Source of the DNA: Paraspadella gotoi | Taxonomy: Eukaryota; Animalia; Chaetognatha | DNA: 64,000 nt | Assembly (NCBI GenBank): GCA_051294375.1 | Contig: CM119266.1 | Coordinates: 21,404,305-21,468,304, forward strand | Direction: 5' to 3' | Part shown: piece by piece, positions 54,282 to 64,000 of the stretch | Numbering within the stretch: position 1 is the first letter of the stretch | Layout: the number at the start of each line of letters is the position of its first letter | The notes under the pieces: generated by a model | What the model saw: the letters and a program-made list of their open reading frames with translations, nothing else | Database searches by the model: none | Told to the model about the DNA's origin: nothing | Made by a program: the position numbers and the translations under genes

Positions 54282-55411
54282 AAAAATAAAAAAAAAAAAA
54301 AAAAGAAAAAAAGGAAGAAATATGGTAGATAACAGTACGCTTTTCTCTAAGACTCCAACGAAGTTCAGGGAATGAATAACTTATAAAGTTATCGTTATAA
54401 ATGAGCTAAAGATTCGTAAAAAGATGAAGGAAATTTGCTCTATTGCCCACCTGATGGAAAATAATCAATTCAAAAATTTTTTGGCGCTAGGTCTTGATTT
54501 ATTTTATTATTTTGTTTTGCTTCGTAAAAACAGTATTTCTTTTTTAATTTGTTTTATTTTTTGGATCCATATATCGACTAACATGCCCGCGACATATTGA
54601 TGGTAATTTCAGGGAGGTATTTTAAAAAAAGCATAGGAAGTTATCAACATAAAAATCAGTTTAAAACTTTTTTTACTAAAAATAGTCAAAATAATAACTC
54701 AAATTACGTGATGATTTAAAAAATATTGTAAAACGTGCACTTTAACCTAAAGACAACCCCAAATTAAAAAAAAAATATTACCACATTAGAAAAACCATTA
54801 CAAGATTAAAACATTTTGCCTTTTTTTGAAGATAATGCAAGTCCTATATTAAATTTTTCTGTCCAAGGCAAAGAGGGGATCAAGCTGATTCAAAATATAT
54901 GTATATATAATAAGACTTTAAAAATTAACTTTGAGTAATATGACCCAATAACTGTTCAAAAATACCTAAAAAAACACAATTTTCAATCACTTATAAAAAC
55001 TAGCCACCCTAAAAAATTATTAATTAAAATTTGTATCTGTAATTTTATACCACTTAAAGTTTAAATGAAGAAAACAGACTTTAAAATTTTTTGATTAGTT
55101 TCACAAGTTATTAACCAAAATGTGCAGTGTTAACACAAACAAGTTTAAGATTGAGAAAATAATTTTGTAGGGTAAAGATATTTATAACAGTAAAGCGTCG
55201 GGTCAATATTTACAGGACAAGTGCGAAAAAACAAAGACAAAGACATCCGTTTGAAAAGAGTGTGTGAAAAAGTAAGTGACGAGTAAGTGAGTTAGCAAGT
55301 GAGTGAGTGAGTGAGAAAAGAGAGAGGGGCAGAAATCAAAGGTTGCGCGTTGTTATTGCTGAAAGCTTACCAATGAAAATTACTGGCCGGCGTTTTCTCA
55401 TTAAGTTTTGC

Positions 55412-55558
55412 TTAGGGTTTTGGTTAGGGATAAGTTTAGATTGAGGGAATAATTTATGGATAGGGTTAGGATTAGGGTTAAGAATGAGGATTAAGGAAAG
55501 GGATAAGGATTAGAAAATCTGGTTTTAGGGATTAGCGTTGGATTAGGATAAGCAGTTA
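55412..55558 (+). repeat. Degenerate TTAGGG-like interstitial repeat (related opposite-strand patch at about 23435-23512)
   Basis: Multiple TTAGGG/TTAGGA/ATAAGG variants. Confidence 0.55.
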
Positions 55559-55679
55559 GAAAGAGAGAGAGAGAGAGAGAGCATATCGAATATTGTTACC
55601 TATGTCTATGACAGTCTCTCTCTCTCTCTCTCTCTCTCCCTCTTCTTTTTCAATAGTTTGCCTATAATTTTACAAATTC

Positions 55680-55732
55680 TATAAACCTTGATGATGGTTT
55701 GAATTACAAAAGCCGAAACATGTCCGTTTATA
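55680..55732 (+). ncRNA. Minimal type I hammerhead-like motif (Penelope-type) with a non-canonical core
   Basis: TATAAAC-C-TTGATGA-T-GGTTT..AAGCC-GAAAC-AT-GTC-C-GTTTATA. Stem I is 7 bp, stem III is the palindromic ACATGT, and AATAAA follows. The core is UUGAUGA instead of CUGAUGA. Confidence 0.55.
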
Positions 55733-56760
55733 AATAAAAAAATGTTGTTGAATATCAAATCTTTTTTTTTGCATTATTTATCATTAATTCGATTTTCTGA
55801 TATGATAAAATGATTTACCAAAAAAGTTGGGGAGGACCGACGGACCGACAACGTGAGTAATAAGTAATGAACTAACAAAAGTCTGGTATAAATATTGTTA
55901 ATGTGTTTATTAAAGATCGTAAAAATTTTAAAAAATTAATATTTATCTTATGGTTAAACGCATGGAAGCTATTTTATATCTTCCAAATACTATATAATGT
56001 CCAAATTTTTTTTTATTAAATTTAATTTTTTTAACGGATTCTGATAGAGATTGAAAAGTTAGAAGAAGGTTATTATTTTTTTTGGAAATTTTTGAAATTT
56101 TAATGATTTGTCAACTAAAATTAACAAAACTATTAAATTTAATGGATGATGATTATTGTTGATCTGTTTATTTTGCTCATCATGATTCGCTTTCTACATT
56201 TGTCTACTCAAGCCTATCTGCCTTTCTATGCTCTTTACCTTTTCACGTTTCACAGAGAGACCAGTCACTGTGAGACCTCAACCCGTCCTAAAACGACCTT
56301 TTTACAGGGACCTGAGGCACGTTGCCACTCAGTCACGTTTTGTCACCACTTGTAGCAGATCATGACGTCTTGTAACGTGGGCAATAGACTTGTGGTGTCC
56401 CACACTTCTGATGGACTTGTGGACAACTGACTGAGGCAGTGACAAAGAGGCTGACACCCTCCGACAAAGGGTCTCGGCGTCACTCGAAACGGCGCCACCA
56501 AAGGGGCGCTGGATGCGGCCGCGCCCACTTCCGGCGACGAGGGAAGTTGACGGCAGTCTTCCCCAGTAATGGCGCGATGGGTCATAGGATGGAGATACAC
56601 CTTGCAAGGCAGGCTGACTACTAGTTCCTCAACAATGATGATGATAATTTTTAAGGTTTTTCTCGGTAGACATTGTGTTAATCCTTTCTTTTTTGTTGTT
56701 TTGTTGAATTAGAAGAAACGAAATTTTCGTGAACAACAAAATAATTTTATTAGCATAAAA

Positions 56761-56806
56761 TTTGGACATGTTTCGGCTTTGTCTTTCAAGCCTTCATCGG
56801 CATTTG
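56761..56806 (-). ncRNA. Minimal type I hammerhead-like motif (Penelope-type) with a non-canonical core
   Basis: The minus strand reads G-CCGATGA-A-GGCTT-GAAAGACA-AAGCC-GAAAC-AT-GTC-C, with AATAAA downstream. The core is CCGAUGA and stem I is weak. Confidence 0.5.
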
Positions 56807-56841
56807 AAAAAGACACAAAATTTTTTTTACAAACATTGAGT

Positions 56842-56888
<47 letters not shown>

Positions 56889-59052
56889 CAAAAAAGAATT
56901 TAGTAAGGGACAGTGGTCAGATGTGAAAATAGGTGAAGATGAGGACAGGGATGAAGAGTGAGTAAAAGTCTAATTTTTAACCCATTTATCATTAATATTT
57001 TTAAAAATTTGTAGTACTTACCTTTATCTAACTTTTTAATCTTTATCAGAATCTATTTTTTAAAAATTTTAATTTTTAAATATTTAAAACTTTGTCTAAT
57101 TTATTCAGTTGCCATAATATTATTTTATTTTTCTCTCAATCTCTCTCTCTACATCAATTTCTTAATCAATCTTTTTTTTTCTCCTTCAATTTCTCAATTT
57201 TTCTTTCTCTCCATCAAACTCTCACTCTCTCTTCCTTTCTCTTTATCAATTTCCCAATCAATCTTTCTTTCTCTCCATCAATCTCACATTGAATATTTCA
57301 TTCTTTCCATTAATCTCTCACTCATTATTTTTATTACTATTTCACACTGACCCACTTTTACACACCCCTCAATAACCTTAACTAAAAAGCAGCGATGCAA
57401 ATTTTTCAGACTTTGACAACAACAACTGGGGAATCGTTAATGATTAATGAAGCAAAGCGCTTAAATAATATTTTGGTCTTGTTATCTTTGTTAGATTATT
57501 TTCAAGACAGTCGACCTTACCTTATGGTAAGTTGCATAACAGGGTCCTTCTTTTTGTCTTTGCCGAGGCAGACGTTTGGAACAAGAAAACTTTGAAAAGG
57601 GGCTATCTTATGGTGAACATAAAAGATTTAATTAATTCAATCATTTTCTTCCAAAATTTACCTACCATATTTATTTGACCAATCATTAGCCTATTTTTAT
57701 AAATTCTAACTGTGGATCTCGACAGAATGAATACTTATTGAGTATATAGATTATCCAGGAACTGACTGATCTATTAGATTTTTTTAATTAATAACGATCA
57801 AAATTTCATTGAAAGTTAAAAAAAAAAAGATTTCAAATTAAAAAAATATATCTTTTTCAATGTATATTCTTTTTTTTTGGGAAAGTGAGTGGTTGCAAGT
57901 TTTGGTTGTCTTAAAATTGTTGGTTATTTGGATTAGAATGCAAAATTTTATTGAATAATATTCATTCCATCAGTTTTTATTAAGCTTTAAAAAAAGGTTG
58001 ATTTTTACAATTTTTTGTCACTTTGTAAATAAATATCTCTGTTTGTAAAAATATTTTTTAAATGTGAAAGTATATTTAGAATCAGTATAGCTTCTACTTT
58101 TGGATGTACTGAGACAATTCAGATTTAAACATATATATTTAGCATTTCCTTTTTTTTGACAAATTATAAAAAGATTTTCATTAGTTAAACAAATTTTTTT
58201 TAATGATAAAGTAATCTTACAACAATCTCACGAGAGAGAGAATTGTTTGTATCCAAAATTTTTAAAATTGAACTCTTTTTAAAGGAACAATGGTATCATA
58301 GCTTTTTTACAACTTTTCAAAATAACATAAAAATTAGAAATAATTTTTTAATTTTTTTTACTCATTTTATAGCTTCAACTTAGGACGACTTTCAATAAAA
58401 ATTTTAATTATTTTGGGTTAATGCTTTTAAGACTAGATGAGAAATAATTTTTAAAAAATTTAGGGCTTGGAGCGCAAAATTTTGAAATTTCTTAAAATCC
58501 GTCAGGTGGCAATAAACCGATTATTCCGCCATCTGATCCTCGAATATAAAGAAATTTTAGCCCATATTTCGAGAGTTATGAGAGCCTTGAACTTCGTGGA
58601 GTCTAGAGAAAAGTTACTGTAGTCTTAAAGGAAAAAATCCAGTCTTTTAGGAAAGTGTCTTTAAACAAATTGCTCTCCCTCCACTTTTTAAGTCTCGGCT
58701 GTTGTAATGACTCTATATGACACTTTTGAGTCAGTCGCTTCGCCCTTCTTGGTCCATCTTGATATATTAATTTATTTTATTTATTAAACAAAAAAAATTG
58801 TTTGAAAGGAATTAGTAAATTAAAATTTTGGATAATAAAATTATAGAGAGATGGAAAAATAACTTTTTATTAAAAATATGTTTATTATAAACAAACGGAT
58901 ATATTTGTTTTTAATGAAATGCCATGGTTTTTTGTCAAAAAATTTTCAATCTTAATGTAAGAAAGAGAAGAAAGCGCATGATAATTATAATCTGAAATAT
59001 TATTTTAATTTTATTTAAATTTAATTTTAAAAGTATTTTCATATAGCCAAGA

Positions 59053-60112
59053 CTACTGGAACGCACTTGTTTTTTTTCTCTCTCTCTCTCTTTTGATGGC
59101 GTTGTCGTCCGTTGGAGGGCGATTTAGCTTCGCGAGTGATCGGGGGTGGTAAATGGAGAGCGGCTTCCGCGGCTTCGGCGGAGTCCGCGGCGTCGGCGGC
59201 GTCAGCGGCGTCGGCGGCGTCAGCGGCGTCGACTGGAACAAAGAGAAAATGGGCGCCAGGGTGGATCCGCTGGAATTTGACGACACGGGGTGGATCCCGG
59301 AAAAAAAAGGGGGGAAGGCGAGGGGGGAGGGACGAAGATTGAAGGGACCCCCTGATGAAGGCGAAGAAAGGAGGAAGAAAAATAGGAAAGGGGAAAAAAA
59401 GCGACGCGGAGAGAAAATGGCGCCGAAACGGCGCCTAAAAACGGCGCCCAAATTGGCGCCTAAAAATTCCGTCGACTCCAATTTTCGCTGGAATTCCTCG
59501 GGAGAAAGAAATTAGCGCTTTGTCTCATTTCTTTTTCTTTTTTTCTTTTTTTGTTTTTTTGTTTTTTTGTTTCCCAATCTCTGGAGAGAAAAAGAAGATT
59601 CGCTGTTTAAAATTATTCCAATTTTTATTTTTTAGGTTTTAATTGTGTTCCCCTTTTGTTTGCGGAGGGAATATATCGCGACAACGACTGATGTTGCGTG
59701 GAATTTGGTGGGAGGCGTGGAGGGGGGGCGCTAGAGAGGAAATCGGGAGTGGAGGGGGAAGTCACTGTCCGTGTGTGAATCGGGAGGAAGGAAATCTTAG
59801 GCTCAACATTTTCCGAGAACTGGTTGGGATAAAAGGGGCATCGCACGAAAAAGTGCGTCATGAAATTCGTTGTTATATTATTTTAAGACTCACTAATGGA
59901 TGCCCCCTCCCCCCCCACAATAGACGTCATCACCAGTGAACAACCTAGAATAAATTTCCCCCCCTAACGGCGCACTCTTTCCCCCAAAAACAACAAAAAT
60001 CTTCTTTTTTTTTTATTTTTCCCTCGAATGGATTTCGTTTCGACGCGCGACGAAAGTTAAAATTTCCTCCTGCGGGGATGAAATTCGGTTGTGGCGGCGA
60101 AGAGGGCACTGG

Positions 60113-60143
<31 letters not shown>

Positions 60144-60350
60144 GGCGGCAGCGGCTCGGCGGCGGCGGTGGCGGCGAATGAGGCGAAGACCTTGGCGGCG
60201 CCTGTACGAGCTTTTGGCGTCGGGAACGATGGTGGTGGCAGAGAAGAAAACATTTTGGCGAAAGCGACGGTGGCGCCAAAATAAAAAAAGTCGACTAAAA
60301 TTTGTTTTGACGTCGGCGGATCTGAGGATGCGTTTGAAGACGTTCTTGAT
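59053..60350 (-). CDS. Possible Pro-rich coding fragments (TPLTPP repeats, poly-Pro)
   Basis: GC-rich islands whose minus-strand frames give STPLTPPTPLTPPTPRTPPKPRKPLS and AEPLPPPPPPPPPPPPPVPSSPPQP. The exon structure is unresolved. Confidence 0.25.
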
Positions 60351-60677
60351 TCTGGAAGATATTTTTTTAATGCGAAACCTAAAAATCATATTAACGGATA
60401 TATTAGGCTATTACGTTAATACGTTATCACGATTTTCGTTTCTTGCCATTTTTTCCTCAAAAATTTGGGCGCCCTAAAAGGGACGCTCGATGTCGCGTCG
60501 TCGATGGAAGAGGAACGGGTTGGACGAAGGGATCAGCGAAGTTGAGACTAAGACTGAAGTTAATAGGTGGCGTAGGGGGGGCGGGGGGGGGAACGGAGGG
60601 AGAAGAGATTTGATCAAGGGCGAATTTGGCGAGCTACGTGGTCCACCGGGACTCGGAATCGTTTGTGTGTGTGTGTG

Positions 60678-60761
<84 letters not shown>

Positions 60762-62151
60762 TTAGAATAAAACTAAAAAGTCATGACGACGGATAGAATA
60801 TTATTTTCATTTCCTTTATTCTTTGTTGACTTTCCAATTCTCTTGATTTATTTTTAGTTACCATTTTTATTTGAATTGTCGTTTTAATTCCACTTTCATG
60901 CAAATTTACTTTGCTTTCTATAATCTCGTAAAAAAAAGATTTATAGACCGGGAATTTGCGCCGTCAAGCATTCGTATTTCCATAGCTCGAAATTCACCCA
61001 CATTTTATTTTTTTTACATTCATTTTTTCGTTATTTATTTCTCTTTATCTTTTCAAAATGACTTTTATTTTAGCGTTTTCCCAAAAATCTCAAAATCTTA
61101 AAAAAAAAATTTTTTTCTGATAAAATGTAAACAAAAAAGAACTTTTTACATTCAACTTCTTACCCTCGAAACGTTTCGGTTCTGCAGATTCCACTCCAAC
61201 GGCGCCAATCGAAGAGCTTCCTAATCGTGTCCTCGGTTGTCTGGCAATGAACCATTCGCCTCGTCGTTAGACCCTCGCTCTCGAGCTATCGAAGATGGCG
61301 CTTCTTCGTTGATGCGTTCAAACTGAAAAGTTGTCTTATATAGTTATAGACGTAATGTTTATGATTGAAGAAATTTAACTACGCTAAGGTTTCTATTTTA
61401 TATTCCGACTTCAAAGTTCAACTACCGACGAGAGTCTCGCCGCCACGATGCTATTAGAGCGATCAACCCCTTAACTCCCGCAATATCAAGACGAATTAGC
61501 GTCGACGACTTGATTAATCGTCGAAATCCAAAGCTCGTTCATCAACGAAGCGAGGGAATCCCAGACTTAAAGATTTAAGTTCGTCTCTCTCATTAGCATT
61601 GTCTTCTGGTTCCATCCTCGGTGGCCACCGAAAAACTTTTCAACTCGTCGAGAAAAAAATAAAAAAAAATTTTCGGTAGATGGAGTTTTTTGAAGAGTTT
61701 GGAAGTTGTACCGGTGAAGATTAGCAAATTTAGTGACTTGAAAAAAAAAGGACAACGACGATCACTTTTAGAAAATTTCTTTTTTTAACTTTTAACTGTT
61801 TAACTGTTTACCGATTGAATTCCTTTATGGGCAACGGTACCAGACTTTTTTATCAAGGAAATTGACAAATTTTATTTTCAAAATGTATTCGCTATTTTCT
61901 CCACTTATGACCCACGACTTTCTACGCTCACCCAGTAATGCTTTCTCTTCCCGTATCCACCTTACCCTCGTTCCCACCCACCCCGACCCCGATCACCCAT
62001 TACTTCCCCGGTCAACACAACTCAAAGCGATTTTCGCCGCACGTGCAATCCGCAGCTGAATCCGCAATCTAATTTTTCACGAAGCAGAAAAAAAAGGGGG
62101 GGAGAGTAAATTGTCGAGTACATTTGATGTTTGCCATCTTGCGGCGCTCAC

Positions 62152-62361
62152 GTTTTGCTGACGCTGGCGTCGGCGTCGTCATCGTCGGCGGCGGCGTCGT
62201 CGGCGGTTGCGTCGTCGGCGGCGGCGTCGTCGGCGTTGTTGTCGTAGTCGTCGTCGTCGTCAGCGGCGGCGTCCTTGTCGGCGTCATTGCATACAGTGGT
62301 GGCCATTCTCCGCTCATTCAACTTTAATGCACCTCTTCGACTCCATCTATCATAGCTGGTT

Positions 62362-62455
<94 letters not shown>

Positions 62456-63625
62456 TTTTTCCTTTTTTTTTCTCGGTGATTGCTCTGAGCGTCAACAAAG
62501 GAGCATCGAGAATCAACCGAAACGATGAATGATGAACGAAAAAAGAGATCGTTTGATTTCGTTGATAACCTCGCCATCAGAGCCATCTAGCGAGATGGAG
62601 ACGGAATTAAATAAAATATAGTTCATTCGAGAGATTTTTTTTATATAAACGAGCTAAGTTCGAGGCCAGAAAGGTTTTTATTATTGTTTACATACAACGT
62701 CTTTTTTTATTTTGAATCAAAAAACGAACATGTTTATAATAAAAATCTTTCTTGCCTCAAACTTATCTCGGAACGCAACGAATCGAAAGAAATAATAAGA
62801 TAATGTCCTTAAACGAGCTGGAAAAAGGATCGTTAAAGTTTCTTGACACGCAACGTACATCCAGTATCTTGAACACCAACTCGGAAGCGAATACCCTGTA
62901 GTGACAGTTGTTTGGTAGAACCCCCTGTTAAATCCCGTCGCCGCTGTATGTAAACGAGGCGTCGACCGCCTAATCGGACGTGAAAGGATCGAGACAGGAA
63001 TTGGGTTTGAAAAGCGAAACCCGAGGAGGCCCTTCCCTTCCACCCCCCCTCCCCTCGGCGGAAGGAGATGCCGGGAGATGTCGGCACCTGCCAAGCGAAT
63101 TAACAACATCGGGGAATTTGAGAATTTCGATTTATAAAGAGAGAGGGAGAGAGAGGGAGAGAGAGAGAGAACCGCGCGAGTATTCGTTCGTCATAATAAA
63201 GGTTTAATTGATAATTAGTGAATAATATATATATACATCAAACAATTCACAACTCAACTACCACACGTACTTAGCAGTTTTCCGATAGTAACAAAAGAAT
63301 TTTCAGTCAATAGCAACGAATATAAAGTGCAAAATTGAATCGGCATTGAAAAAAAAAACACGTTTTAAAAATTTTAATGGAAAAGTTAAGCAATCGGGCG
63401 AGAGAACGTTGAGCCCTTCTCTCTCTTTTTTTCCCCATTAAATCGACGATGTTCGCTGCGAGCGGCTTCATTGTCTTCGTGAATTGTGATTCCATTCACA
63501 GGTGAAGGGCGTGGCATTTCTAATCGTATAAAAGGCCTTCACACTCGGAATCACCGGCCACCGATCGTTTGAAAAGAACCGTAGGGAGAGCGCGTGACCA
63601 TGGAAGGACGAAATGGAGGAATGGA
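62152..63625 (-). CDS. Possible multi-exon extracellular protein with a CUB-like fragment and a Thr/Pro-rich mucin-like stalk
   Basis: [15 protein letters not shown]...VKAFYT (about 63610-63525) resembles the end of a CUB domain. [23 protein letters not shown] segment precedes a GTACGT donor. The [20 protein letters not shown] exon ends at the donor C|GTGAGC (62152/62151). Frames are broken by indels. Confidence 0.3.
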
Positions 63626-63641
63626 AGTAGAGAGGGGGAGG

Positions 63642-63778
<137 letters not shown>

Positions 63779-64000
63779 GAATTTGAATGTCGCCAGATGC
63801 CACGAAGGAAATCAAAGGAGAAACGAAACAGTTTTTTGGATAAGACGAGATTCGAGAGAAAATCGCAGCGAGGATGCGGAGGGAGAGTCGGGGGGCGGGG
63901 GGCGGGGGATAAGAGTATAAATTGAGCTAATTCTGTGATGTTTCACTGAATTCGTACTTAAGTCTATTGTAACGACTCCAAAAATTCAGCTAAAGAGAAG

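Larger units (their letters stand above)
54333..58619. mobile_element. Putative non-autonomous DNA transposon with about 150-bp diverged TIRs (CAGTA...TACTG, Tc1/mariner-like ends)
   Basis: The left end CAGTACGCTTTTCTCTAAGACTCCAACGAAGTTCAGG matches the right-end reverse complement CAGTAACTTTTCTCTAGACTCCACGAAGTTCAAGG. TATTGCCCACCTGATGGA also matches TCCGTCAGGTGGCAATA. TA follows the right end and TAA precedes the left end. No transposase ORF. Confidence 0.55.

Noticed and set aside
55412-55558. True telomere or chromosome fusion site
   Set aside because: It is short, degenerate and single-orientation, and lies inside a putative transposon.
56427-56496. Third hammerhead candidate (CTGACTGAGG...GTCACTCGAAAC)
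   Set aside because: The core does not match CUGANGA, and no stem III or NUH cleavage triplet follows GAAAC.

Overview
This is eukaryotic, most likely invertebrate animal, genomic DNA. It is AT-rich, has spliced genes with GT-AG introns, and is dense in (GA)n and (GAC)n microsatellites. It comes from a noisy draft assembly with nine N-gaps and indel-rich segments. Two protein genes are recognisable. The first is an intact four-exon GT29 sialyltransferase of the ST3Gal III/IV/VI type on the + strand (19921-22283, 443 aa, all four sialylmotifs, altered donor-binding motif L). The second is a spliced class I SAM-dependent methyltransferase on the - strand (4193-5699) that the ORF track breaks up because of small indels. 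There are also several low-complexity coding candidates, and a possible CUB-like/Thr-rich extracellular protein near the right end. Non-coding highlights are a twister-ribozyme-like structured element (3055-3136) with a degenerate relative in a sialyltransferase intron, and two convergent non-canonical minimal hammerhead motifs inside a 4.3-kb TIR element. A TRIM-like element carries tRNA-type Pol III boxes in its 180-bp direct repeats. Two large tandem duplications (about 4.5 kb and 5.2 kb) each end close to a 25-N gap and are probably gap-filling artefacts. No rRNA, true tRNA or CRISPR array was found.
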